From Cirrosporium novae-zelandiae (lineage: Eukaryota): a stretch of 64,000 nt of DNA. The stretch covers positions 124,001-188,000 of the forward strand of contig JAPETS010000033.1 of the NCBI GenBank assembly GCA_026023565.1. Direction: 5' to 3'. Positions 1-13,616 of this stretch are shown here, one piece after another. Below the pieces are notes generated by a model that was not told where the DNA came from, did not search any database, and saw only the letters and a program-made list of their open reading frames with translations. The first letter of the stretch is position 1; the number at the start of each line of letters is the position of its first letter. The position numbers and the translations under genes were made by a program.

Positions 1-400
1 GACAAAAATAACCATTTAGGAACATAATGAATCTAGCGAATGGGTTTGATATGCAGATTTCAAGAGTTTTCAAGGTTCCATTGAGAGTTAAATACCTAGG
101 TAGCCCGCCGAGGAGCCAAAACCCGTTCCTCATTCCTAGGTCTGTTCCGCGGAGACATCAACATCAACACCCCTCACCGTCAAGCCTCGTCCGTTCCACA
201 ATAAACATTATCCATATCTACCACCTAAATTGTAATATTATTGAGTAATCTAGTACGTAAAAATTTGGTATTCACAGGGCTCGTTTCATGCAGAATGATT
301 CAATAAATGCAGTGGCCCTCAATCCCGCCAGAACGCCTCTTTCAAATCCCCTTTAACCCCGATCAACCCCGTGTTCCCCTCTTTCTCCTAGAAAAACAAA

Positions 401-2168
401 CTAAACAGCTTTCTCCGCGGTCCTCATTTGAACCCTTTGCTCTAGATCCCTCAAGCAAGGCGCCACGAGCGCTGTCCCAACAACCAATCCATGTATTGTT
501 CTAATACTGACAAGCAACCAAAGCAGCACCACGCAAACTGTCGCAACTATCCCCACAACATCAAACACCTTGCTGGGGAAATCCTTTCCTAGCTGCGTTG
601 TACATGTGGTAAATACGCCAATGGGGAATACAAAGCCCCACCATCCCATATTGAATGGGAAAGGACGGGAGTGGTAGATGGAGGCGAGGGCGAAGAAGAA
701 CCACACGAGGGCGAAACCCCAGCACATGAGGCCCAGAAACCAACCTATAATGTAAAGGATGTCGCCTGCAGCGTTGGAGGCGTTGATGGGGAGGTTAGAG
801 GTTTGGGAGAAAACTTCCTTGGAGACAAGACCGAGTTTCTGGATACTGTGGGCATGATTAGTTGGGTGTACCATTTTGGATGCGAGGAGGGCTTACCCGA
901 AGCCTCCTTGACCGAGGGGCCCAATGGGGAGGAAGACCGAGACAATTACTTCTCGTGGAGGGATTTTGTGTACGGTAAGTCTGTGGAAATATACCGCAAG
1001 AGTCATCATAGCCAAGGGCATGCCAATTGCCCATAGAATGTATGAAACGACAACAGTCCAGACAGCTTGGGCTGGGTTTGTCTTTGCGAGTGCACCAGCA
1101 ACGATGGCACCGCAGGAGCTAGCGACAATGGGCGCGACAACCGGTAAGAGAAAGGCCCCCGTGACGTGGGATAGATGGTTGATATTGGTGTTGTACATTC
1201 TGTGGACCAGTTAGAGGTAGAAGTGGGTGTGATAAGAATGAAGACTTGCATGATAAAAGGAAGAAATAAGCAGACAGCAATCGAAATTATTGCATCAATC
1301 CACCAAAGTGCCCATGCAAAGGTGATTATCCATTGTCCCCAGTGATCCGCACAAGCGAGTATCATCATGTTAATAATTGTTGCAAAGCCCATTGGGAAGG
1401 TACCCATGAATAGGGCTTGAGTTGGATGCTTTATCATGACAAGCCAAATCTCAGGATACAAAGTATATCTGAGAATGGTGATAATAAGGAAAATGGTGAA
1501 TAGGACAATATTGAGGCACCATATTATAACAGACAGCCAGTAAAGCCAGGCTCCGTTGTAAGGTAACCCATTAAGAAGTATAGATACGATTCCAGTACCC
1601 ATGTTAACTGCGAACCATCTGTGTTTATGAGGTTAGCTCCTCGTTCCGACGAACATGATTTTTGTACATACGAAGGGGTAAAATTTCGAATAATCCACCT
1701 CCAATCATGTTTGTCCTTCGGGAGCTCTTCATAGGATGCTTGTGACTCAGGAGCAGGTGATGGTTGCGCAAGGAACTTGGGGTCACATCCAAAGGCTAGT
1801 TCGACATCGTGTTTTATAGGCGTTGAACCGTTGATCTTTTCACTAATTTGAGCTGGTTGACCTCCATGGAAAATGGTAGAACATTGGAGCTTGATCGTCT
1901 TGAGGTTATTTGTCAAAGTGGGGTATTCTCCATCATCCCCGAAATCTATGTCTTCATTCTCTTCAGCCTTGGGGTCCGGACATGGATTTGTAAATGCTTC
2001 GTCGTGTGATAGCGACTTCTTTTCTTGTCCACGTATAGAGTTCGGGGTCGCATCATTGCTGGGCTGTTGGGAACTTGATACCTGGACATTCCTTTCAACA
2101 TCGTCCCCAGAAGAAGTGAGTGTCCAAGTGTCACTGTCGTTTTTGAGTTGAAGGCTTCCAGAGTCCAT
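401..2168 (-). CDS. SLAC1/TDT-family C4-dicarboxylate/sulfite efflux transporter (SSU1/MAE1-like), 4 exons
   Basis: Motifs RNFTPSW, MGTGIVS, LFMGTFPMGFATI, FLPIGPLGQG and FNMGWWGFVFPIG in consecutive ORFs; introns about 1620-1670, 1200-1249 (GC-AG) and about 847-896; long hydrophilic N-terminus. Confidence 0.88.
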
Positions 2169-3672
2169 GATGAAGGTCAAGATAGTTATGATGAAAGAGT
2201 AAAACTTGAGAGTAACGAGCAATAAGTGATTAAAGGACGTAGAGAAGCATTTTTATATGCACGATCAAGATGGGACCCGATCTAACGGAAACCCTTTAGA
2301 AACAAATCTTACGTTGGCGTACCACTACCAACCACTACCAATCCTAAGCTAGCCTTTTGATCTTTGGTGATGAATGTGATAGTGGAGAGGAATATTGCAT
2401 AGCCGCGGAGATCTATAATACCATTGTCGGTGATTCAAGATGAAAGCTTCAAATGTCGGATATAGGTCATTTGTCATGAACTCTAGGGAACCGGTGGCTA
2501 CAAGCTTCGGGTGAGGGGCATCACTAGACATGTATATCCTCATCAAAGTCTATCGAGGGTCCGCCATATTTTATTTAGTGTCTCATTCTTTCAGCGTAAA
2601 AATCTGGAACAAGACAATCAGTCTGCTCTAATGTCTTTCAAATTCTCTTTGATGTTGCATTTGAAACCTCATCCGCTGGAATACAAATGTTCCGATTGAT
2701 ACTGTGGGCAGAAACCTTGGGCGGTGAGAGAAAATGTAAATTTTTTGAGCCGGGAACCGGGAGGCGGATAGCGGAAAGTAGAAGCGGAAGAGGTACCTTG
2801 TCGGATAATGCCTCTGACGTACGTTCACTAGGACCTTTTAATATTTCTCATCAAACTACCAAGGCTGAATCATTGCTCAGACTCCGAGTGCAGCTATCAG
2901 ACAGTCGAGCAGGTCGCACACGTTGCTCAACCTAGTACAACTTATTCTGGTAACATCCACCGGACACGATGAACGCTGAGGCCATAAATATTTAATGGAT
3001 GGATCAGCCACTCATTCTGCTGAGAAGTGTCCCGAATTTACTCAAAGACAAAAGCGAAATTGTCTCTACAATTGATTTAAACTAGAATTCCTCCTTGAGT
3101 GGAAGGCCTCCCTGTTCTAGATTGGTGCATATTGCAGGTTTGAAACTTGCCAATGTTCTGGATGACTAAATGTGGCAGAAGAAACCTGAATACCAATGGC
3201 CCAGTTACGCCATCACATTTCCAACCCATATGCTGCTAATTATATGAACACTTGAAATATATGAACTATATACCTCGATATTCAAGCGAACTGACTTGTG
3301 TATTGATTCTGAGGCTTGTGCCTGAAGGTAATGAAAGAATATATATATTTTGTGTCCAGCAGATGACATTAAGGTTGTCGTCTAAGCCGTGGACCATCCT
3401 CCATTGAAAAAATCTCATACCGTGACTTACAAATAAATCCTGAATATCTGCAAACATAACCAAAGAAAAAAAAAGAAAATGAGCACAGCCACGACATAAA
3501 CAATATCAATAGAAAGCTTTCCGTCAAATATAGACATTACACACTAGGTGCCAAGAAGAGAACAAATCTAAATATTCACAGAACTTTAAGAAAAAAATAT
3601 TGTCTAGAAGGGTATAAAACTCCAACAGTGCACATCAAGAACAAGCTGATAGTGGAAAATAGCCATCGTTGA

Positions 3673-6060
3673 TCACATCATCATTAACCTGGTTGTTCTC
3701 CGCTCCGGGAATTTACGTCCTGGACCCAGCATGGCTGATTGTTTACCAGCATGTGCAGAGCAATATACTTTGTTGTTCACTTCAAAGTAATCATTTTGCA
3801 ATGAAGTGTGGCAATCCTGCATTCACATTACTTGATTGTCACCCATTGGAAAATATAAAGAGTTGGAACTTACCTCGCATTTAAAGCAGTTGGGATGATA
3901 TTTCTTGTTGCTGTGTGTCTGGATATACGGCCCTTCAATTCCATGATCGCATCCTCCGCATAATGATCCGTTCAGCTCATGATAATGTCGTTCACAGTAA
4001 GGTTGATTCTCCAAAACATAAAAATCAGATGTTTGGAAGGGAGACTTGCAGGTCTTGCAAACGAAACATTGCTTGTGATATCTTCCCGTCAATCTTCCGT
4101 CAGCAGAACTTATGGATTTTCCTGTGATAAGCACGCCACAGCCTTTGCAATTTCCTCTATTACCTAGCGTCTTTCGTCTACCTGGAGGTGCAGTTCCCGG
4201 CCTATTAGGAGGAGGCGCCATTGGCACTCGATTATTTGCAGGAGGAAGTGGGGAAAGACGCCCATGCTGAATTGCTGGATCTATTGGAGATTCTGGAGAC
4301 GCAAAGAAGGGCATTCTAGGCTGCTGTAGCTCCCCTGGTGGTGCTGTATTTGATCGATTCAATGGCATACGCCCACCTGGAGGGCCCATAGGAGACGTTG
4401 CAGAACGTGCCAGTGAGGTTTGGGTTTGAGGGTCGTCTATTGGACTTTCGCTATCCTTGACACTCGAAGGTTGGGACCCTTGTGAGATCATGGATACTGG
4501 TGGGCTAGATCTTGAACTGATAGTTCTACCATCATATGCAGAGGAGCCACTGGACGAGGTTGAGAGCATTGTCATATGGTTGGGGCCCCGCTGAAGCGGC
4601 ACTGGAGGAGCATCCCCTAGCCTTGGATCTTGTCGGTATCCGTTGCGGCTCGCGTTGCGCGGAGGATGCATGGGGATTGCTTGTCCAGGTTGTAGAGGGA
4701 CTTCGGGGATAGTCCCTTCGATAACCAGGGTTGGTCTCCGAGCTCGAGATGGACCCGACGTGATCGAAGCAGCTTCCGATGGCCTTCTTGGTCGCATCGG
4801 CGGAGGTCCTGCAGGAAGAGGGCCTGTAGGAAATGACCCTCCGGGGCCGGGACCAATCGGAATACGATCATCTTGTGGAAAAGGCTGATACTTTTCTTGG
4901 TTAGTTTCCTCGCCTAGTTTCAACGGCATGGTCTGCGACCTATTTGGTGATTTCAAGGGCGCGATGTTGTCGTTGAGCGGGAATGTTTTGGATCTACTTT
5001 GAATGTTTATATGATCATCAGGATGCGGAGAGTTTGCCGGTTGATGTTCATCCAAATCAGACATGTCATCGGAGTCAGGTGTTACTATCTCGGCTTGAGA
5101 CGGCTCTGGAATTTTATGAAGCAAAAGTTGTGGTGTCACACTACCTGGAAGCTGAGGCGCATTGCTTTGACCCAAAGGTTTTGGTACCAGATTACTTGGC
5201 AAAGAAGGTCTACGTTGACGCGCTAGCACAGGATTTGAAGGATTTGGTGTCTGCGATCTCTTCACCTCAGGGCTAGCCGGCCTCGAGGGTCCTCTGGTGG
5301 TCCCGGACGCTCCATCGGGCTGAGTACCGCTCGGCTTGAATTGATCCCTATGGGAAGGATGATCCCTTGAACCGGCATGTCGCAAATCAAAAGGACCTGG
5401 AGCCATTTTGTTCATTCGTTGTGATACCGCATTTCCTCCATTTAGAGACGGACTGAGTGGCGCCTGATTTAAATTCGGACTTGGTTCAGCATGCATTCGG
5501 GCGAAATTATTGGGTGGTGGATTAAATTTAGGAGCCTTGGTCCTCGTCGGAGTGGCAGTCCTGGATATCGGAAAGGGTGGAAATGCACAATCGAGGTTCG
5601 AAAGTTCCGGTGATGGGGGGTTTGCCGTCAGAGGTGTCGTCATGCTTCTCGGAGGCATACGCATTCTTGGCGTTCTCCCAGGAGCGGGAGATATGGGAGA
5701 TGCGCTTCGGCTGCTTCCTCTGGATGCCTGACCTGGTCCTAGGAATGGCCGATCTAATCATGTCAATACTGAGGACGCTAAATGAGATAAGTTATAGCAT
5801 ACTTGCGGCATTTGTATCCAATCTCGAAGGGGGCATCCTTTGATTCCGTGCCGAGGGCGGTTGTCTGCTGCTACTCCGCGGCGGGGAAGAGACTTTTAAG
5901 ATGGCTATTCAAAATTAGCAGATTGGTCTGTATTGAGGAAATTCAACGCACGCTGAGAGGTAGAAGAGCAGACATGATCTCCCATCATTGAAATTTCGAC
6001 ATTGTTGCCGCAATTCGAACACTTTATCGAGGGCAACATAGCCCCCGCCGAAGTGGCCAT
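3673..6060 (-). CDS. Proline-rich LIM-domain protein (paxillin-like), spliced
   Basis: Exon 1 reads MATSAGAMLPSIKCSNCGNNVEISMMGDHVC from ATG 6060; C-terminal LIM domains CKGC..HKQCFVCKTC..YCERHYH and CGGC..HPNCFKC; last exon ends PERRTTRLMM* at 3673. Confidence 0.85.
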
Positions 6061-7360
6061 TTTTGCTCACAGATCTGAGCGCCGTACAGAATTATTAATG
6101 AAACCTCAATGCGCCGCCAACCTTCTCAACCTCGACGGTGAAATTTACCACCATGCGATCGTCTTATCGGATTGGAACCTTATTGTTCCCTGGGGTGTGG
6201 CTATCGCAAACGAGGATATCAACGGGATTTTCGAAATGCTGAGTTCTGCAGCGGCGCGACGAGGATTTGACATGGGAAGGTTATAGTTGAAGTTGGAATT
6301 ATTTAGAGATAATGGTGGTTGACAGGTTCTTGAAGCTTCTGAGACGGCCACAGGGAAATTAGACTCTGGAGGATCGACAGAATAGAAGATATGAACATGG
6401 AAAATATGTGATTGGAATTGGCGCACACGACTCTGCTGGAGAGATTAGTATGGCAGTTTGAGAAGAAGCTGTCTCCAGCTGTCTCAAACAATAAGTGAGG
6501 GTTCAATTGTCGCAGATTAGTACAAGATTAGAATTATTGTTGTATCATGTCGGGGAATTATCTATGTACAAGTACAAAGGGTTGTCAAGGACTTGAAAGA
6601 GAGTCTGAAATGTGAAATGACCAAGGCCATGAGGAATCGATTGAGGAGTATGAGAGAAGGGCTCAGAAGGCACTAAGAATCAAGGAGCCCCTGTTGGAAT
6701 TGAGGCCTAAGTTCGGGTCTAAATGGGCCTAAAAGATTCTAAAAGATGCCAAAGCTTGGCTAAACCTGGCTAAGGTGACCCTAGAACTTAGGCCTCTGTC
6801 ATGTCTAACCAAGACCTTTTGAAGCTCCATCAACGGGCCCGGTAGCGGCACTGGAGATTTTGGGGGTTGCTTTTTTGTTGCTTTGGGGGCTTGAAGCTTG
6901 GGGCTTTGGGGCTTGAGAGCTACTGAGCTTCTTGCAGGTATGGACTTGAATCTGTGCATCATCGACTTGTTTATTTCACAGCACCTAATGTTTGAATCAA
7001 GAGAGGGCTGATTGATTAAAAACCATTTAAGCTGTTCAGCTGTTCAAGTTGAAAAAAAAGATTTCTGTCATCTAAATGAGGTAATTGTTAATCATTTCAC
7101 GTTAGAGGTTTTTTATCAAATGGACAAATGACATGGCAATGTCAATATCAACCAAGCTGATTGGGTGATGTCGGCGGTTGATCGGAAATTTCCCCAAGGA
7201 GCTTCGGTCCAGTTAGAGTAAGACTTAGCACTGCTACTGTATTATTTGTCAACTTGTCCCCCTCATTATCCCTTAAAGTACTTAAGGTCAAGGTCACTAG
7301 AATGCCACTAACTAATAAAGTACTGGGAATGGAAGCAAGAGAAGCATGTCATTCGATTAT

Positions 7361-7392
7361 AGGTAGTGAGGTAGTGAGGTAGTGAGGTAGTG
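7361..7392. repeat. Tandem repeat (AGGTAGTG)x4
   Basis: Read directly; a second short tandem (TGCAGAAATA)x3 lies at 7525-7554. Confidence 0.9.
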
Positions 7393-8159
7393 ACTGCTAG
7401 TGATGTGATTGATTGTTTGCCTCAGGAGGAAGGCCGGGGGAAAATAGGAAAATATATTATCCTTTTGGAAATTGTCCGAGTAATACAATCACATACTAAT
7501 TAGCCTATTTGACTCTCGGACACTTGCAGAAATATGCAGAAATATGCAGAAATATGTAACATGTGGACCCTTTTTTCCCTTACACAAGACAACTGGGGCA
7601 ACATTTACATAAGGATAACAGCAACTAGAAAAGGACGGATGATGGATTCTTCCCGGGTCCGAAGTCCCAATCAGCGGTCAAGAGGACGCTAAACCATTAT
7701 CAGCCTATCAATCCTCACCGCTTTGCCATTTTGGGTAATGCTAGACCTTTCCGACCGGCACTTTGCACATGTGTCATGCCCGATATGATGAATTTGGATG
7801 AATTTGGATAAATTCTGCCCGTCTTTTTTCTCATTTGCTTCCTCGTACTTTGGAGCAATTGAACAAACACACTTACTCCTCCAACACTCTAACTGCTCAA
7901 GTGCTCAAGTGCTCACTGTTTTTCTCAACAACCTCCGAATTCTTCCTTTTAGGCCCCACAAATTCTCACAATACCCACCAACATTTATCCCACTATCCGA
8001 TAGATAAGGACCACCCATCCCTCCCCTCTCCCATTTCTTCTTTCTTCTCTTCTTCTCACACTTAACAAAGTATCCAAGCTCTTTTTTCTTACCTTGCTCA
8101 AAGATCTACTTCGCAGAGAACCTGTCTCTGCAAAGAAGTCTTTGTTCAACACCGCCAAA

Positions 8160-8371
8160 ACGTTTTCCACACTACTAAACTCGTAAGTCTCACCTTTCTC
8201 CCCCTCACATTTCACCACTCCTGAGGATCTTCATAAAATACCTTGCAATATGATTCCCAGTAGAAAACATCCGTTAACATCATATCCTTCTCCAGGGTCC
8301 ACCACCCGCACAACGGGACCCGACGCTCTTCTGCTCGTGGAGGGGCATCGGATTACTGTCAAAGCGAATAA
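8160..8371 (+). CDS. Non-AUG (ACG) spliced uORF in the INO1 5' leader, 32 aa: (M)FSTLLNSVHHPHNGTRRSSARGGASDYCQSE
   Basis: ACG at 8160 in context GCCAAA-ACG; intron 8183-8295 (GTAAGT..GTTAAC..CCAG); TAA at 8369-8371, 31 nt before the INO1 ATG. Confidence 0.7.
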
Positions 8372-8402
8372 AAAGTTATCTCGCTTTTAGCATCATATAA
8401 CA

Positions 8403-10128
8403 ATGGCACCACACGCTGATATTGGCGATGGTTATTCTAATGGAGTGGGGAATGGCACTAATGGGTCATCTCCTTCCAAGGAACTCTTCACCGTAAACTC
8501 TCCCAACGTCGTGTACACAGACAATGAGATCAAAAGCAAATATGTGTACCGGACTACCGATATTACGGAGACTGAAGGCGGAAAGTTTATCGCCACACCC
8601 AAGGAAACGGTCTATGACTTCAAAGTTGATCGTAACGTTGGGAAGGTCGGCATGATGCTTGTCGGGTGGGGTGGGAACAATGGTTCAACAGTTACTGCTG
8701 GGATCATTGCAAACCGCCGGGGACTGGTGTGGGAGACTCGTGAAGGAAAGCGCACTGCCAATTACTATGGCTCGGTCATCATGGGATCCACCGTCAAACT
8801 TGGAACCAATTCCAACACTGGAAAAGAGATTAATATTCCATTCCATGACCTGCTCCCCATGGTCCATCCAAATGACCTAGTCATTAGTGGCTGGGACATT
8901 AGCGGAATGAACCTTGCAGATGCCATGGACAGAGCAGCTGTGCTGGAACCTAGTTTGAAAGGGCTCGTCAGAGAAGAGATGGCCGCAATGAAACCTCTTC
9001 GTAGCATCTACTATCCTGATTTCATTGCCGCCAATCAGGAAGATCGTGCGGACAATGTCCTCAAAGGTTCCAAGGCCTCCATGGAACATGTAGAACAAAT
9101 CCGCAAAGATATCCGGTATATTCTAGCATTTCCTACCTTGCATTACACAATGCTAACGAGAAATTTAGTGATTTTAAATCCAGCCAGGGGTTGGATAAAG
9201 TCATCGTTTTGTGGACCGCCAACACCGAACGTTATGCCGATATTCTTTCGGGAGTCAATGACACTGCTGACAACCTTCTCAAGTCCATCAAAGATGGTCA
9301 TGAGGAAGTTGCTCCTTCCACCGTCTTCGCCGTGGCTTGCATTCTCGAAAATGTGCCGTTCATTAATGGCTCTCCTCAGAACACATTTGTTCCCGGAGCA
9401 ATTGAACTTGCGGAGAAGCACGGCGCTTTCATTGGCGGAGATGACTTCAAGTCTGGCCAAACCAAGATGAAATCTGCTCTTGCGGATTTCTTGATCAATG
9501 CCGGAATCAAGCTTACTTCCATTGCGAGCTACAACCATCTCGGCAACAATGACGGAAAGAATTTGAGCTCCCAAAGACAATTTAGATCCAAGGAAATCTC
9601 TAAATCCAACGTCGTTGATGATATGGTTGAGACCAACTCGGTCCTTTACAAGAAGGGCGAACACCCCGATCATACCGTTGTGATCAAGTACATGCCAGCC
9701 GTTGGAGATAACAAACGAGCTCTGGATGAATACTATGCTGAAATTTTCATGGGTGGTCACCAGACTATCAGCATCTTTAACGTTTGCGAGGACTCTCTTT
9801 TGGCATCTCCCTTGATCATTGATTTGATTGTGGTTTCTGAGATGATGACTCGTATCCAATGGAAGGCGCATGCCAGCGGAGGAGTAGCCACCAAGGACTA
9901 CAGGGGTTTCAATAGTGTATTGAGCATTCTCAGTTACATGCTTAAGGTACGTACATCCTCGAGAGGTTTGATGAACGAAACTAATCTTTTAAGGCTCCTT
10001 TGACACCAACTGGAACCCCAGTGGTTAATGCTCTTGCTAAGCAACGCAGTGCCTTGACAAACATATTCCGTGCATGTGTTGGCTTGGAACCGGAATCGGA
10101 TATGACCTTGGAGCATAAGCTTTTCTAA
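8403..10128 (+). CDS. INO1: Myo-inositol-1-phosphate synthase
   Basis: MIPS motifs [27 protein letters not shown] and [10 protein letters not shown]; introns about 9116-9168 and 9947-9993; ends LEHKLF*. Confidence 0.97.
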
Positions 10129-10578
10129 GCGTTGAACTTGACGGGTCCTGAATTCAACATCAGCCTCCAGATAAGTCTTGATATCTTCAACAATTCCAAG
10201 CCGAGGGCTTAGGCAAACATCCACTGGTGACTTCAAATGTGTCTAAATGGCGTTGATTCTGTTTTGTTTCACTTCCAGACACTCTTTAACAAATTGACAA
10301 CCTATCTCAAATCCAACCCAAACTAGTAGAAATCCCCCGTATAGTACAGTAAGGCCAAGCTCATTTCCAAAGAATTCCATGTAGCCTATATTGATTAACT
10401 TGGTTATTCTAGAAACATGACATTCTAGGGTTCGTTCTAAAATCTGCTAACATCTGGGTTCGGCTATGCTTTGGATGCCTTGCTACGGGCTTTTTGAGGG
10501 AGTGACTTAGCCACAACCAGACCTACTTTACAGTCATATCTACCATATCAAAAGTTCATACATCCCCAGGTCGTCAAA

Positions 10579-12348
10579 ATGGCTCCAAAATACCCTTCCA
10601 TAGAATCCTTCATGCATCCTAGGCCCTCTCCACAGAAGACAACATCACCCTCAACCCTTACGCCTGGAGATGGTTTTACAGCTGAAGAAATCGAGATGAG
10701 CTTAAACCCAACCACTTTACCATGGAATCCGAATCAAGAATATGATGATACAGATATCATCGATCTAACTTCCGGTTGGAAAAATGTCACCTTCATGGGC
10801 CGAGTAGTCAACTTTCATTCTTTTCCGATACCCGACAGAGGCCCTCAATCAGCCAAAGGCTGCACCAAGATCGTCGTGAAAGATGATACTGGTATCATTG
10901 TAGTCAAGCTACTATACGCACACGAGGCTTTCGGTTCGAATCGTCCTTTAACTCTTGGATATCTCGTCTCGATTTGGACCACTCGGATAGAAAATGAGCA
11001 CAATCCGGGCAACGTTCAAGAGAAGTTCCTATCTACTACCATCTTCCCAGAACGGGACCGCACGTGCTATTTCATGATACAAGATCAGAGCGATGGGAAA
11101 GTTCTCTGCAAAAGCCCTCTCGAGTACACGGAAAACCGTCCTTTGGCTGGCCTGATGACGTTAAAAAACTTTAAGGAAGGTGGACACGAGGTTCCTGAAG
11201 TCAAGGTTCTCGTATGCATTAAGAGCATCGGGGTGAAGAAAACTAGTAAATATCTAGATCGTCCTTGAATCTTGATGATTTGACTAACTGATGCTCTTCA
11301 AGTTTCCACTAGGAATGGCACCTCCTTTGACAAGATTGACCTTCTTGTCTTTGATGATACCAGTACCGCTACATTATCTCTGTACAACGATAAGATAGCC
11401 TCCTCTCTCTCCTGGCAGCCTTCTGTGACAACGCTTCTCATTACCAAACCACATTCAAGGATGGACTTTAAAGAGGGGATTGAACTCTCCATAAAGTCAT
11501 ACACGCGTGTGGATATCGACCCTGACTTTGTGGACGCACAATGGTTAAGGTCTTATGCTCAAAGGTTAACAAAACGGCAGCACATCAATCCTCCATTCCA
11601 GGAAGGAGGTAATAAAATCCGAATGTGTGTGTGCTGCGTGCGGACTTTTACTAATAGCTATTTTTGTAGTCTTCGACCTTGACCAATTCGAAATGGCAGA
11701 ATCAAAGCTTCTTTTTCGATTAAGTGATATCGACTCGTTTGTTCGATCCAAACCTAACGGTGAGATAGATTTGAGATCTCCCTTCCCCCAATATACGCCC
11801 ACCTCATCAAGAAAAAAAAAACTTATTTTCCATAGAAATTTACATGGGCTACCTAAGCATTCTGATAACCGAGCTCAACCTTGTGACACTCAGCATTGAT
11901 GGAAGGCTCCTTTGCAACGAATGCTGTGGAATGCCCATCTACGCCAACGCAACTTCTGCTAAATGCAAAACCTGCAATACCGAAGTCTCTTTGAGAATTA
12001 ATCCTCGTCTGGTACGTACTGACCCTACCCTACCCTAGCCTCCCTTACCTCACCTCCCTCTTTCACCTTGCCTTACCTTTACATCCAACCAGAACACTCA
12101 TCTCAACAACAATAAACAAATAGGTCGGAACGATACTCGACGAAACCGGTTGCATCTCGCCAGGAAAGTGTATCTGGTCCCCAACAGCCTGGGAACAACT
12201 TCTCGGGAGAACTGATAAACAGTTATTGACAATGACGACGAGGGAGCTGAGAGGGCTGGAGTGTAGGATGCTTTATCTGAGATATCATTTGTTGTTTGGA
12301 TGGTCGGGGGATGTTGGGAAGTTGGCTATTTGCGGGGTTAGGCAGTGA
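10579..12348 (+). CDS. Multi-OB-fold nucleic-acid-binding protein with a C-terminal Cys zinc ribbon (RPA1/MEIOB-like), about 5 exons
   Basis: OB-like strands VTFMGRVVN, IVVKDDTG, LVFDDTS and GTILDETG; CNECCG..CKTC zinc ribbon; splice sites join the track ORFs; TGA at 12346-12348. Confidence 0.72.
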
Positions 12349-12429
12349 ATGAGATTAGATTTCTGGGTGTTTGTTTTTTGGGGGGAAGGAGGTGGGGGAT
12401 TAGTCATATATCATTACCTTGTTTACTAA

Positions 12430-13440
12430 TATGAGTTTGCTATAGATGTCTAAGTAGCTAAGGATATTTACTTTTTCAAGTAAATAAAATAAAATAAATT
12501 CAAGCCCCTCCTGAGGCTAGATAATAAGGTGGATTAATTAATAAAAAAGGGGAACAAACTACATTTAATTAGCTTATCAGACAAACCATATCCAATCCAT
12601 CTTCAAGTCTTATTCTTATTCTTATTCTTATTCTTATCCCCTATTCTTTACCCAACAAACGGATCAACTAACTAGCTAACTAGCTAGCCAAGACAAGTCA
12701 CAAAAGATAAAAAAATCTTCACAAACCCCCCCCTCCCCATTATTTTTTCCTGTGTAGAGGAGGAGGAGGAGTTGATGAAAAGGTCTATCCCTCTTTCTCT
12801 CTTTCTTTCTTTCTCTCTCTCTCTTCTTAGGAACCAACTTTTAACTTTTCTATATCTCTGATACCCCTTTTCTTAGGCAAGTAAGTATCTTGGGCTTTGG
12901 GGGAGGGGGGGGGAGGGAAACACCTTTTATAAACCCCCACTCCCCCATATTTCTAGGATTCCTTTACTCCTACTCTACTCACCTACCTAGTCAGTTATTT
13001 ATTTATTTATTTAATATAAAATTTCTTAGTTTAGTTTAGTTTATTTAGTTAGTTCTTTAGTGCCTTTAGGGCTTGGGGAGGGAAGACTCAGTTTACCTAG
13101 GTAGTTAACTATTAGGGGTGAAAATAATAACCCTCACTCTTACTCTTTTTACTCCAGTTCCCAGGGCTAGGGCTAGGGCCAGGGGGAAAGGGATATTCTA
13201 CTGTAGAATTCTCACTCTCTAGAAATACTCTACCCCACCCCACCCCACCCAACTTATATTTCAGTCGTTCAAATCCTGAATTAGTACTGTACAAACCCTC
13301 ACTTAACAGAATCCTCAATCAATATAACCCTCACCCATTCAACTCCCTCTATTACCCCCCCTTCAAAAGAAAAAAAAAGAAAAAAAACGTGAATAGAAAT
13401 AGAAAATCTTTAATATAAAATAAAGGTTTGAAAAAGTTCA
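12430..13440. repeat. AT-rich low-complexity tract with microsatellites ((TTATTC)n, (TTTA)n, (TTTAG)n); probable RIP-degraded repeat relic
   Basis: Visibly TpA-rich, homopolymer runs, no convincing ORF. Confidence 0.5.
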
Positions 13441-13616
13441 ATTTGATATTCGCTCAAGACTAGTAACTTATACCTAATTTCTACTTGGCGGCACTCCCCA
13501 ACCTAACGAATTCTATCCCCAGTTACTGTATCCCATACATTATAGCTGAACGAGCATCCCACTAATTATCCAGTCCCGTACCTCGACAAAAAAAAACGTT
13601 TCCAACTTTACCCTAG

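Noticed and set aside
7361..7554. Short tandem repeats as a possible CRISPR-like array
   Set aside because: No spacers, eukaryotic context; simple minisatellites.
9143..9871. 242-aa ORF antisense to INO1
   Set aside because: Shadow of a codon-biased conserved gene; no recognisable motifs.
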